Assembly (NCBI GenBank): GCA_963726245.1
Contig: CAVSBT010000016.1
Location: 1 to 64,000 of the forward strand
Length of the DNA stretch: 64,000 bases
Direction of reading: 5' to 3'
Source: an uncultured Chloroflexia bacterium
GTDB lineage: Bacteria > Chloroflexota > Dehalococcoidia > DSTF01 > JALHUB01
A program made the position numbers and the translations under genes. Of the stretch, positions 28,184 through 38,654 are shown piece after piece. The notes under the pieces were generated by a model. That model had not been told where the DNA came from. It saw only the letters and a list, made by a program, of their open reading frames with translations, and did no database searches. The first letter of the stretch is position 1. The number at the start of each line of letters is the position of its first letter.

Positions 28184-29276
28184 TTGGCAATAGCTAGTAC
28201 CTATCCCGTGACCCTTGCCGTCGATTACCCGGATCGGACGTCGCGGTGGAAGACACTCTTGCGTCTTCTGCTTGCCATCCCGCTCTTCATCTTCTCCTAC
28301 CTCCTGGGCAGCGGTGTCGTCCTGGCCGCATGGGCGGCCATTCTGGTAAAGGGGCGCATACCTCGATGGCTCTTTGACTTCCAGGTAGCGTACAACCGCT
28401 GGCAGCTTCGCGTTGGCTCCTATTTCCTGCTCCTTACCGATCAATATCCGCCCTTCCAGGGCGACTATCCGATTCGATACGACGTCCAGTATCCGGAGCG
28501 GCTCTCCCGCTGGAAGCTGGTGATCTGGAAGTTCATCACTTCCGTTCCGCACTTCATCGTCCTTGCCTTTCTCACGCTGATCTTGGTGGCGGTGATGGTG
28601 CTGGCGTGGTTTTACGTGCTCATCGCCGGGCGCTTCCCGCGAGGCCTGCATCTGTTCGTCGCGGGCATTCTCCGATGGTCAGCGCGGGTTCAGGCCTACT
28701 TCTTCTCGCTAACAGACGAGTTTCCACCATTCAGCCTCGCGGCCGACGCTGGCTCTGGCAGCAGAGACTCCTACGTCATCTCCGCCGTCCTTGGCTTACT
28801 GGCTACCGGCGGCGTTATTGCCGGCATCGTCACCTTGGCGATCATCGCAGGAGGGGAGAAGGTGGTGGAGGTGTCTTACGCGAACCTGCTGGACGGGACG
28901 CCCGGCGGCTGCCGTCACGGTGGATTCGGTCATGGTTGAGCTCAACCGGGCCACTGACCCGGCCGATGACCTTGTGTCCTATCTCAGGCCTCGGCCAGGC
29001 TACCGCTTCGTCGTCTTCGAACTTACTATTGACAACGGGCGTCGCATTGACTTGCCGATCCGGGCGTCTGACTTTCGGCTGAAGGACGAGGAGAGCAACG
29101 GCCACGACCCCTACCTGGTTCTTGTGGGCGGGCGGATCCCTCGCGTGGATCTTCCAACTCGAGGGAGCGCTAACGCGCGTTTGGTTTTCGAGCTGCCCAA
29201 AGATGTGAACCCCGCGGAGCTACGCTACAACTCGGGCTTTGGCTTCTCCAAGACGGTCGTCTACGAGTTCCGTTAG
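28184..29276 (+). CDS. DUF4389 protein with C-terminal DUF4352-like Ig domain (frameshift ~28905)
   Basis: TDQYPPF and TDEFPPF; then [28 protein letters not shown]. Confidence 0.7.
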
Positions 29277-29280
29277 ACCG

Positions 29281-31563
29281 ATGGCAGTGGACCATACCCT
29301 CCTCGAGCAGATAGCCCTCTCCCAAGACGAGTACGAGCTCATCGTCTCCCGCCTGGGCCGCGAGCCCAACGAGGTGGAGCTGGGCATGTTCGGCGCCCTC
29401 TGGAGCGAGCACTGCGGCTACAAGCACAGCAAGCCCCTCCTGCGCCTGCTCCCGAACACCGGCCCCCGCGTGCTCACCAGCATGGGCGGCGAGAACGCCG
29501 GCGCCATCGACATCGGCGACGGGCTCTGCGTGGTGATGAAGGTCGAGTCGCACAACCACCCGTCCGTCGTGGAGCCCTACCAGGGGGCGGCCACCGGCGT
29601 GGGCGGCATCGTGCGCGACATCTTCGCCATGGGGGCGCGGCCCATCGCCATCCTGGACTCGCTGCGCTTCGGCCCGCTCAGCGAGCGGCACAACCGCTAC
29701 CTCTTCGGCGGCGTCGTCGGCGGGCATCGGCGGCTACGGCAACTGCCTGGGCATCCCCACCGTGGCCGGCGAGGTGAGCTTCGACGGCTCCTACTCCGGC
29801 AACCCGCTGGTGAACGCCATGTGCGTGGGCTACGCCCGCATCGACCACCTGGCGCGGGCCCGCGCCGAGGGTCCCGGCAACCCGCTGCTGCTGGTGGGGG
29901 CCGACACCGGCCGCGACGGCATCGGCGGCGCCAACGTCCTCGCCTCCCGCGTCTTCGACGAAGGCAGCGCCGAGCTGCGGCCCACGGTGCAGGTGGGCAA
30001 CCCCTTCCTGGAGAAGCTCCTCATGGAGGCCTGCGTCGACCTGGCCGAGAACCACCCCGACTGGTTCGTCGGCATCCAGGACCTGGGGGCGGCCGGCCTC
30101 ACCAGCTCCAGCATCGAGGCCGCTGCCCGCGCCGGCACCGGCCTGGAGATCGACATCTCGCGCGTGCCCCGGCGCGAGGAGGGGATGAACGCCTACGAGG
30201 TGATGCTCTCCGAGTCCCAGGAACGCATGCTCATCATCCCCCACCGCGAGCACCTCGACGACGTGCGCGCCCTCTTCGAGCGCTGGGAGCTGCGCTCCGA
30301 CATCATCGGCGTGGTGACGGACGACGGCCTGGCGCGCATCCGCGACGGCGACCAGGAGGTGGCCTGCCTGCCGGTCGACGTGCTCGTGGACCCGCCGGAG
30401 TACCGGCTCCAAGGCCAGGCGCCGGCCTACCTGGCCGGGTGTCCAGGCCTTCGACCCCTCGTCGCTGCCCGACCTGCCGGACCTGCCGGTCGGCCGGATT
30501 CTGGAGGGCTTCCACCTGCCGCCGCCCGCTTCCGGCCTCTCGACGGCGGAGGCGGCCCTCTGGCGGCTGCTGGCCTGCCCGGAGATCGCCAGCAAGCGCT
30601 GGGTCTGGCGCCAGTACGACCACCAGGTCCTCACCAACACGGTGAAGGGGCCGGGCGCCGACGCCGCCGTCATGCGCGTCAAGGGCGCCCGCAGCGCCAT
30701 CGCCCTCACCACCGACGGCAGCGGCCGCCTCTGCTACCTGGACCCCTACGCCGGCGGCGTCCTGGCCGTGGCCGAGGCGGCGCGCAACGTGGTCTGCGTC
30801 GGCGCGGAGCCGCTGGCGCTCACCGACTGCCTCAACTTCGGCAACCCCGAGCGGCTGGACGTCTACTACCAGCTCGAGCAGGCCGTCTCGGGGATGGCCG
30901 AGGCCTGCCGCGCTCTGAACGTGCCCGTCGTCTCGGGCAACGTCAGCCTCTACAACGAGACCTCCGGCGAGTCCATCTACCCGACGCCCGTCGTGGGCAT
31001 GATGGGGCTGCTGGAGGATGTCGAGCGGCGCTGCGACATGGGCTTCCAGGCCGGCGGCGACCTCGTCTTCCTCCTGGGCGCCGGCCTCGACGGCGCCGGC
31101 CGCCTCCCTGGCGGGCAGCGACTACCTGAACGAGGTGCACGGCCTCGTGGCCGGGCGTCCCAGCATCGACCTGGCCCTGGAGGTGCGGGTGCAGCGGGCC
31201 TGCCTCGAGGCCATCCGCCGCGGCCTCCTGCGCTCCGCCCACGACTGCTCCCACGGCGGGCTGGCGGTGACCGTCGCCGAGAGCTGCATCGCCTCCGGTC
31301 GGGGGCTGGACGCCTCAGGCCTCGCCTTCGCGGGGCGCCTGGACGCCGCCCTCTTCGGCGAGGCGCCCTCGCGCATCGTGGTGTCGTGCGCGGCGGCGGC
31401 CCGCGGCGACCTGGAGGCGCTGGCCGCCTCGCACGACGTGCCCCTCACCTACCTCGGAGCCGTCGGCGGCGACCGCCTGCGCCTGGGGCCGCACATCGAC
31501 CTGCCCGTCTCCGAGCTCGCCCGCGCCTACGAGGAGGGCCTGCCCCGCGCGCTCGAGGGGTAG
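29281..31563 (+). CDS. purL: FGAM synthase subunit PurL (about three frameshifts)
   Basis: [47 protein letters not shown] and AHDCSHGGL motifs. Confidence 0.93.
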
Positions 31564-31574
31564 GGACACACCCG

Positions 31575-31735
31575 TCAACGGATGCCACAATGGATCACGG
31601 GATGGCGTTCATCCGTTAATCCGTTCCCTATCCGCTGACAGGCCCAGTCGCAGCCGCAGAGCGTGTTATGTGAGCCTGTAGGCCAGGCTTTCCAGCCTGG
31701 CCTCTTAGCGCGCCGAGGCTGAAAGCCTCGGCTAC
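31575..31735. repeat. Intergenic palindromic/REP elements
   Basis: AACGGATG...CATCCGTT; GTAGGCCAGGCTTTCCAGCCTGGCC; GCCGAGGCTGAAAGCCTCGGCTAC. Confidence 0.65.
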
Positions 31736-31769
31736 GGGGTAGGGGCAACAGCTTCCCCACAAGGCCAGG

Positions 31770-31798
31770 TTGACATACAGAACAGGCGTTCCTATGAT
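31770..31798 (+). promoter_or_regulatory. Sigma70 promoter with a perfect GAAC-N4-GTTC SOS box
   Basis: TTGACA, 17 nt, TATGAT; GAAC-AGGC-GTTC at 31780-31791 within the spacer. Confidence 0.75.
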
Positions 31799-31966
31799 AG
31801 TACGTAAACAGGCTGGGGATGCGCTGTCCACAACCGGCGGGCTTGCGGCTTCGGGATGTTGACAACTTTAGCCGCCGTTACGTCCAGTCGCGCCGTCGAT
31901 GGGCTGCCCGGTACTATATGATGACAACCGGCGGCGCCAGCCGCCGGCTCAGTAATCGGAGGTCGC

Positions 31967-32605
31967 ATGAAAGTCGTCTTTCTCCAGAACGTAGAGGGCT
32001 CCGGCCGCACCGGCGAGATCAAGGACGTCGCCGACGGCTTCGCCCGCAACTTCCTCCTGCCTCGACGCCTGGCAGCGCCGGCTACCGCCGACGCCGTTAG
32101 GCGAGCCGAGGCCATCGCCACCGCCGAGGCGCGCCGCCAGGCGGAGCTGGACGAGCAAGCCCGCATCCTGGCCGGAAAGATGTCGGTGCCCATGGTCATC
32201 GCCGTGCGCGCCGGCGAGCAGGGGCGACTCTATGGCTCCGTCACGGCCGCCGACATCGCCGCAGAGGCGTCGAAGCTGGCCGGCCAGGAAATGGACCGCC
32301 ACCTGCTCGTGCTCGACGAGCCAATCAAGGAGGTGGGCGTCTACGAGATCCCCTTGCGCCTCACAGCCAACGTCTCGGCTGCGTTGATGGTCGAGGTGGT
32401 GGCAGAGGGCGTCGCCGAGGAGGCAAAGGAAGAGGAGGCCCCGAAACCTCACCGGAAGACGAAGAAGGAGCGCGAGCAAGAGGAAGCGGCTTCGCCGGCG
32501 CCAGCCGAGGCGGTGCAAGAGGAGCCGGTGCCGGAGTCGGCGCAGGAACAGCCCGAGGCAGAGGCGGCCGTGGAGCAGGAGCCGGTCGAGGAAGACATCC
32601 CGTAG
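31967..32605 (+). CDS. rplI: 50S ribosomal protein L9 with acidic C-terminal extension
   Basis: [23 protein letters not shown] and RLYGSVT motifs. Confidence 0.95.
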   Translation: MKVVFLQNVEGSGRTGEIKDVADGFARNFLLPRRLAAPATADAVRRAEAIATAEARRQAELDEQARILAGKMSVPMVIAVRAGEQGRLYGSVTAADIAAEASKLAGQEMDRHLLVLDEPIKEVGVYEIPLRLTANVSAALMVEVVAEGVAEEAKEEEAPKPHRKTKKEREQEEAASPAPAEAVQEEPVPESAQEQPEAEAAVEQEPVEEDIP

Positions 32606-32646
32606 CGGCCGAGCCTGTGGTCATCAACGAATTGTTGACGGGAGAT

Positions 32647-32675
32647 GTAGGGGCAGGGCCCCGTCCCTGCCCTAC
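32647..32675. repeat. GTAG-type REP
   Basis: GTAGGGGCAGGGCCCCGTCCCTGCCCTAC. Confidence 0.7.
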
Positions 32676-32695
32676 GGGCCGGTTGAGGAGGAGTC

Positions 32696-32893
32696 ATGCC
32701 GGAGATCGATGAGCAGGTAGAGGCTCTGCACGCGGCGGAGAAAGAGCTGAAGGCCGCCCAAACGGCCGAGGAGATCCGCACGGTCTGGCGCAAGTACTAC
32801 CTGACGGTAGGCCATCGCAAGCTGGGCCGCCTGCTGATTGGCAGGACGGCCGACCAGATCCTGGCCGGTCGCGAGAAGGAGGTCCGATCGTGA
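32696..32893 (+). CDS. Small hypothetical protein
   Basis: Strong SD GAGGAGG; WRKYYLTVGHRKLGRLL. Confidence 0.7.
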   Translation: MPEIDEQVEALHAAEKELKAAQTAEEIRTVWRKYYLTVGHRKLGRLLIGRTADQILAGREKEVRS

Positions 32894-32948
32894 GTCAGCA
32901 CCGGCAGGCAGGCCTGCCTGTGCCGCGTCAGGCAGGGAGTAGCCAGGA

Positions 32949-34325
32949 TTGGTCGCTGAGAAGCTACCACCGCACGATGTGGAGGCCGAGGAGGCCGTCG
33001 TCGCCTCTGTCCTGGTCGATACTGAGGCCATCTACCGCGTCGCGCCCATCCTGAAGCCCGAGGACTTCTTCCGCGAGAAGAACGCTTGGGCCTTCGAAGC
33101 CTGCCTTGCCCTCTTCGACCGCAACGAGGCCATCAACCAGGTAACGGTGGCCCACGAGCTGGCCCGTCGCGAGCGGCTGGATGACCTGGGAGGCGCCGCC
33201 TACCTCAGCCGCCTGGTCGCCGAGCTGCCGACCGCCGTCGGCGTCGAGCACTACGCCCAGATCGTCAAGCGCGATGCTATCTACCGCCTGCTCGTTCAGC
33301 GCTCGGCGCAGATCGCTCAGATGGCCTACCAGGGAGGCCCCGACCTGGAAGCCGCCCTATCTCGGGCCGAAGGCCTCATCCTCACCCTCCGCGGCGGCGA
33401 GCGCCTGCGCGACTTCGTCCACATCCGTGAGATCCTGGACGAGTACTGGGAGCAGGCCGGCTCCGAGGCCCAGGGTCCTCGCTTTCAGGGTCACGTGCGC
33501 AGCGGCTTTGTTGACCTGGACACCCTGCTCGGCGGCCTCAAGCGCTCCGACCTCATCATCCTGGCGGCGAGGCCCAGCCTGGGCAAGACCAGCCTCGGCC
33601 TCAACATCGCCCGCAACGCCGCCGTCGGCCAGGGGGCGCGCGTCGCCATCTTCAGCCTGGAGATGGCCGCCGAGCAGCTCGCCCAGCGCCTGCTGGCCAG
33701 CGAGTCCGACGTGGACTCCACGCGCCTGCGCCTGGGCGAGCACACGGAGCGCGAGGAGCGCCGCCTCATGCACGCGCTGGGCACTCTGGCCGGGGCGGAG
33801 ATCTACGTCGACGACACGCCCGTCCTGAGCATGATGGAGATCCGGGGCAAGGCCCTCCGCCTGCACCGGGAGAAAGGCCTTGACTTCGTCTTCATCGACT
33901 ACCTGCAGCTTCTCCATGGCGGCGGTCGTGGCGACAACCGCGTGCAGGAGATCAGCTACATCTCCCGCTCCCTGAAGGAGCTGGCCCGCGAGCTGGACGT
34001 GCCCGTCATCGCCGCCTCCCAGCTCTCGCGCGCCCCAGAGATGCGCACTCCCCACATCCCACAGCTCAGCGACCTGCGGGAGAGCGGCAGCATCGAGCAG
34101 GACGCCGACGTCGTCGCGTTCATCTACCGCGAGGACGTCTACATAGCCCGGGAGCAGTGGCAGGCCAGCCACCCCGAGGCCTCGGGCGATACCTATCCGG
34201 CGGGCATCGCCCAGATCATCGTCGCCAAGCACCGCAACGGGCCCACCGGGACCGTGCACCTGCGCTTTCGCCAGCGCATCGCCAAGTTCGAGGACCTGCT
34301 GGTGCGGGAGGAGGAGGCGGTGTGA
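32949..34325 (+). CDS. dnaB: Replicative DNA helicase
   Basis: PPHDVEAE, AARPSLGKT, FSLEM, IDYLQL, SDLRESGSIEQDAD and KHRNGP motifs. Confidence 0.97.
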   Translation: MVAEKLPPHDVEAEEAVVASVLVDTEAIYRVAPILKPEDFFREKNAWAFEACLALFDRNEAINQVTVAHELARRERLDDLGGAAYLSRLVAELPTAVGVEHYAQIVKRDAIYRLLVQRSAQIAQMAYQGGPDLEAALSRAEGLILTLRGGERLRDFVHIREILDEYWEQAGSEAQGPRFQGHVRSGFVDLDTLLGGLKRSDLIILAARPSLGKTSLGLNIARNAAVGQGARVAIFSLEMAAEQLAQRLLASESDVDSTRLRLGEHTEREERRLMHALGTLAGAEIYVDDTPVLSMMEIRGKALRLHREKGLDFVFIDYLQLLHGGGRGDNRVQEISYISRSLKELARELDVPVIAASQLSRAPEMRTPHIPQLSDLRESGSIEQDADVVAFIYREDVYIAREQWQASHPEASGDTYPAGIAQIIVAKHRNGPTGTVHLRFRQRIAKFEDLLVREEEAV

Positions 34326-35083
34326 GCGAAGCCCCTTTCGCCGGCTTCCCGCCGGGGGCCCGGGAGACGCCCGTCCCCAGCGCATTCTTCACGCGCCTGC
34401 TGCCGCGGCTGACCGACGCGGTGGAGCTGGGGCTGGCGCTCTACGTCTTCTACCTGCTGCAGCGCAAGAAGGGCTAGCCTCGCTTCCTCACCCGCGATGA
34501 GCTGGCCGCCGAGGGCGACCTGGCCCTCTTCCTGGAGCGGGCTTCCGGCGATGCTGCCCAGCCCGCTGACAGCGCCGCCACTCGGTCCGGCAGGCGCCGG
34601 GCCGCCCTGGAGAAGGGGCTGGAGGCACTGGTTCAGGCCGGCTTCCTGCTGGCGGTGCCGGTGGAGGGGCCCAAGGACGGGCAGGCGCTCTACTTCTTGA
34701 ATTCCGCCACCGACCGCCGGGCGGCCGATCGCCTCCGTCGCGGCGAGCTGAAGGTCGGACCCTGGCAACCGCTGCCGGAGGCGGAGCCGGCGGAGCCCTC
34801 GCGCAGCATCTATGCCCTCTACGAGGAGAACATCGGGCTCCTCACGCCTCTGGTGGCCGACGAGCTCCGGGAGGCGGAGGAGCTCTACCCGCAGGAGTGG
34901 CTGCGCCCCGCCTTCGAGACGGCGGCCGCCCTCAACAAGAGGAGCTGGCGCTACGTGGCCGCCATCCTGAAACGCTGGGCGGTGGAAGGACCCGACTATG
35001 CGCAGGCTGGAAGAGATACTGAAGCAGGAGCTGGGCGCCCGGGCCAGTTCTCCGGACGATACCGGGGCCTGGTCCGGCGCTGA
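34322..35083 (+). CDS. DnaD domain protein (in-frame TAG at 34475-34477)
   Basis: FAGFPPG..PVP..FF N-terminus continues in frame past the TAG to IYALYEENIGLLTP..SWRYVAAILKRW. Confidence 0.8.
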
Positions 35084-36477
35084 CGGCGACGAGCCCGCCT
35101 GTCCTCTCTGCGGCGGCGCCGGCTTCGTCCGGGCGCCGGTAAGCCTCGGCCACCCCGACTTCGGGAAGGCCCTGCCCTGCCGCTGCATCGTCGAGGAGAG
35201 CGAGGAGCAGCGCTCCGCCCGCCTGCGCCGCTATAGCAACCTGGGCCCCCTCGCCCGCCTAACCTTCGACAACCTCATCGCAGCGGGCCGCAGCAGCAAC
35301 CCCCGCGACCAGGAGGTCTTCGCCCTTTGCGTGGCCGCGGCCCGTGAGTTCGCGGAGGAGCCTCGTGGCTGGCTGGTGCTGCTGGGGCCCAGCGGCTGTG
35401 GCAAGACCCACGTCGCCGCCGCCATTGCCAACGGCTGCATCCAGCAGGGGCGTCCCGCCCTCTTCGTCGTCGCCCCCGACCTCCTGGATCACCTGCGGGC
35501 CTCCTACAGCCCGGCACGCCCGCCCGCCTCCGCTGCCGGCGGAGCCGCCTTTGCTGCGGGACAGCCCGGAGGCGACGGCCCGCCCGGCGAGGAGCTGTCC
35601 TACGACCAGTTCTTCGAGCAGGTCCGCAATACCCCGGTCCTGGTGCTCGATGACCTGGGGGCCCAGAGCGCCACGCCCTGGGCCCAGGAGAAGCTCTTCC
35701 AGCTCATCAACCACCGCTTCAACAGCCAGGCGCCCACGGTGGTGACGACGTCGCTGGAGATGGAGCACCTGGACGAACGGATGGCCAGCCGCCTCGGCGA
35801 CCCCTCCCTTTCCCGCGTGTTTCGCCTGGGGGCGGGCCGCGCGCCAAGGCCGGGGTCGGCGCCAACCCTCTCGCTTCCCCTCCTGCGGGACATGACCTTC
35901 GAGAACTTCGACCTTAGAAGCCTCTCGCTGCCGCCGGAGAAGACCCGCAACCTGCGCGACGCCTTCACCGCCGCCCGCAACTATGCCCGCGACCCGGAGG
36001 GCTGGCTGGTCCTGCTGGGCGGCACGGGCTCCGGCAAGACGCACCTGGCGGCGGCCATCGCCCACGAGTGGCAGGCGGCGGGCCGCCGCTTTGAGCTCTT
36101 CTTCGTGCCGGACCTGCTGGACACCTTGCGGGCGGCATATGGCCAGGAGGAGGACGTGCCCGCCTCCACCGCCGAGCGCCTCCGCACCTGCGACCACCTG
36201 ATCCTCGATGACCTGGGGGTGCATGGCTCCACGCCCTGGGCCCAGGAGAAGCTCTTCCAGATCCTGAACTACCGCTACAACGCCAAGCTGCCCACGGTCA
36301 TGACCATACGGGGCAAGCTGGAGGATCATCCCGGATTCGTGGGCATCGCGCATGTGCGACGCCAAGGTGAGCCTGACCTTCGAGATGCAGGCGCCGGACT
36401 ACCGGGGCCTACCGCGCCGCCGGCAGGACGAGGGCGGAGAGGGCACGGGCCGCCGTCGAGGCAAGAGCAGGGGCTAG
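34998..36477 (+). CDS. DnaC/DnaI-like helicase loader with two tandem IstB-type AAA domains (frameshift ~36330)
   Basis: CPLCGG..PCRC zinc motif; GPSGCGKT and GGTGSGKT; [15 protein letters not shown] twice. Confidence 0.85.
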
Positions 36478-37046
36478 CCGCGACTTCGGCGGCGGCGCTC
36501 CTTGAGGGCCAGCCAGTCGCGCAGCGCCCAGCGCGTGGTCTCGAAGGCCAGCTCCTCCCAGGGGATCTCCTCGGGTCGAAACCAGGCCGCCTCCAGGCAC
36601 TCCCGTCCCGGCTTGGGCGTGGCTCGCCCGACCCGCGCGCGGAAGACCACCACCAGTATGCCCGGTCCTTCGCTTGGAACGGGTCCGCCCCTGGTGGCGG
36701 GCCGGGAGTAGACGCCCAGCAGAGGCCCCAGGGTCAGCGACAGACCCAGCTCCTCCTCCGTCTCGCGCAGGGCGGCTTCCTCCGCTGTTTCGTCCACCTC
36801 CATGAAGCCGCCGGGGAACGTCCAGGCCCCATACCGGGGCTCGATGGCGCGGCGCATCAGAAGGACGCGCCCCGCTCGCTCCGGGATGGCGCCGACCACC
36901 ACCTTAGGGTTGATGTAGTGGATGAAGCCGCAGCGGCTGCAGACCAGTCGCAACCGCTCGTCGCCTTCCGGCAGACGCTCGCGGAGCTGGCTGCCGCACT
37001 GGTGACAGAAGCGTGGTGCCTTCAGAGTTTCCAGAGATATAGCCAT
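36474..37046 (-). CDS. NUDIX hydrolase with N-terminal zinc ribbon
   Basis: FCHQCG..CSRCG..YINPK; Nudix box [23 protein letters not shown]. Confidence 0.9.
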   Translation of the reverse strand: MAISLETLKAPRFCHQCGSQLRERLPEGDERLRLVCSRCGFIHYINPKVVVGAIPERAGRVLLMRRAIEPRYGAWTFPGGFMEVDETAEEAALRETEEELGLSLTLGPLLGVYSRPATRGGPVPSEGPGILVVVFRARVGRATPKPGRECLEAAWFRPEEIPWEELAFETTRWALRDWLALKERRRRSRG

Positions 37047-37083
37047 TCGAATGAGAACCTCGCCAAAATAACCGGCAAATCGC

Positions 37084-37113
37084 TTGATTTCTTCCTCAGG
37101 ACTGGCCTATACT
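37084..37113 (+). promoter_or_regulatory. Sigma70 promoter preceding a long structured leader
   Basis: TTGATT, 18 nt, TATACT. Confidence 0.55.
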
Positions 37114-37303
37114 TCCGGCCGTGGTCTGCTCGTAACTTGCACGTATCTTCACCACCAGCGGCATTCTGCTGGTCATCCTCCGGACCTTCTCGAGTTGGCA
37201 GGCCACTCGCCGGCGAACGTCCGCGTCGGTCGCTGGCGCTGCCCGCTTCCCCGCCGGGCGGACCCTCTGAGAGACGCGAGACCTGCCAAGGGGGACACCG
37301 GAA

Positions 37304-37597
37304 TTGGCCCTGGAAGATAAGTCGATAGTCTGTCGTGATTGTGGGGTGGAGTTCATCTTTACTGCTGGAGAGCAGGGCTTCTACCTGGAGAAGGGCCTGC
37401 TCAACGAGCCTCAGCGCTGTCCCGGCTGTAGGACGACGCGTCGACGGGAGCGGTCGGTGGGCAGCAGCCGGGAGATGACCAGCGTCGCCTGCGCCATGTG
37501 TGGCGGCGAGGCGGTTGTGCCCTTTGTCCCCAGACTGGAGCGGCCCGTCTACTGTAGCTCCTGCTTCGAGAAAGTGAGGGCCGGCGTCGCCAGCTAG
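37304..37597 (+). CDS. Zinc-ribbon / CxxC-x17-CxxC domain protein
   Basis: CRDCG..FTAGEQGFY..NEPQRCPGC; CAMCG..VPFVP..PVYCSSCF. Confidence 0.88.
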   Translation: MALEDKSIVCRDCGVEFIFTAGEQGFYLEKGLLNEPQRCPGCRTTRRRERSVGSSREMTSVACAMCGGEAVVPFVPRLERPVYCSSCFEKVRAGVAS

Positions 37598-37644
37598 AGC
37601 AATCTTCCTCCAATCATCATCCCGAGGGCCGCTCGCAGCGGCCC

Positions 37645-38424
37645 TCATCTCTTCCCCCGCGCTCCGGCTTTTCCGGAGGCGACCCTGGCCGGCCTGCTTG
37701 ACGGACGGGCAGGCCGGGTCGAGCCGGAGTCGCCGGGCACGGACACCGGGCGGCCTTCCGCCCAGCTCTCGCCTCCCTCCCACACTTCTTTCTTCCAGAC
37801 GGGAACTATCTCCTTGATCCGGTCGACGGCGTAGTGGCAGGCCTCGAATGCCTCTCGCCGGTGGGGAGCGGAGACTGCGACCAGCAGGCTCGTCTCGCCA
37901 ACCTCCAAACGGCCGGTGCGATGGCTGATCGCCATGTCCGTGATCCCCCAGCGCGAGCGCGCCTCCTCGGCCACCTGTCGCATCTTCTTGACGGCCATGG
38001 AGGGGTAAGCATCGTACTCCAGGCGGAGGACGCGCCGGCCCTGGCTGTGGTTGCGGACCACCCCGTAGAAAAGGGCAACGGCCCCACTCTCGTCGCGGCG
38101 TACCAGGTCCACCAGCTCCGCCGCGGCGGACGGGTCCAGGGGTTCCCGCGTCACTTGAAATCGCTCCGCCTCGGCGGAGGAGCCGCCGCTGATTGGCGGT
38201 ATAAGGGCTACCTCGTCGCCGGGCCGGAGGTGACGGTCGTTGGACACGTATTCCTCGTCGACGGCGCAGACGAGCGCGTTCATGAGCGGCTCGACAGCCG
38301 GGTACTGGCTGACGAGCTGCCGGCGCAGGTCGCCCACCGTGGCCCCGTCTGCCAGCTCCATCTCCAGCTCGCGGCGTCCCACAAGGTCGTGGAGGCCTGC
38401 GAACAGCCTGACGGAAACCTTCAT
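37645..38424 (-). CDS. Fused MoaD-MoaE molybdopterin synthase
   Basis: MKVSVRLFA..ALIPPISGG then GAVALFYGVVR, LEYDAY, HRTGRL and VPVWKKE. Confidence 0.9.
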   Translation of the reverse strand: MKVSVRLFAGLHDLVGRRELEMELADGATVGDLRRQLVSQYPAVEPLMNALVCAVDEEYVSNDRHLRPGDEVALIPPISGGSSAEAERFQVTREPLDPSAAAELVDLVRRDESGAVALFYGVVRNHSQGRRVLRLEYDAYPSMAVKKMRQVAEEARSRWGITDMAISHRTGRLEVGETSLLVAVSAPHRREAFEACHYAVDRIKEIVPVWKKEVWEGGESWAEGRPVSVPGDSGSTRPARPSSRPARVASGKAGARGKR

Positions 38425-38654
38425 TGCCCTCTCTTTGGAAGCGTTCATGCTCGACCAGGCGATGTGTATCCAGTATAACGCAGCGATGTCACTAGATCGC
38501 TCCCATCGCTGCGTGACGGCCTTCCGACCAGGGAGTATACTGCGGGCTGTCCCCTGCCTGCCGACCGCCAGGCCACGTGGGCCGTCTACCACTGGGCAGG
38601 CAGCGGCGAGGTCTGGCTCCTTGTTCCCGGTTCCTAGTTCCTGAGGGAGTTGAC

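Noticed and set aside
36330-37328. 776-aa DnaC with a long C-terminal domain
   Set aside because: The tail arises from a frameshift and runs antisense over the NUDIX gene; the true stop is at about 36477.
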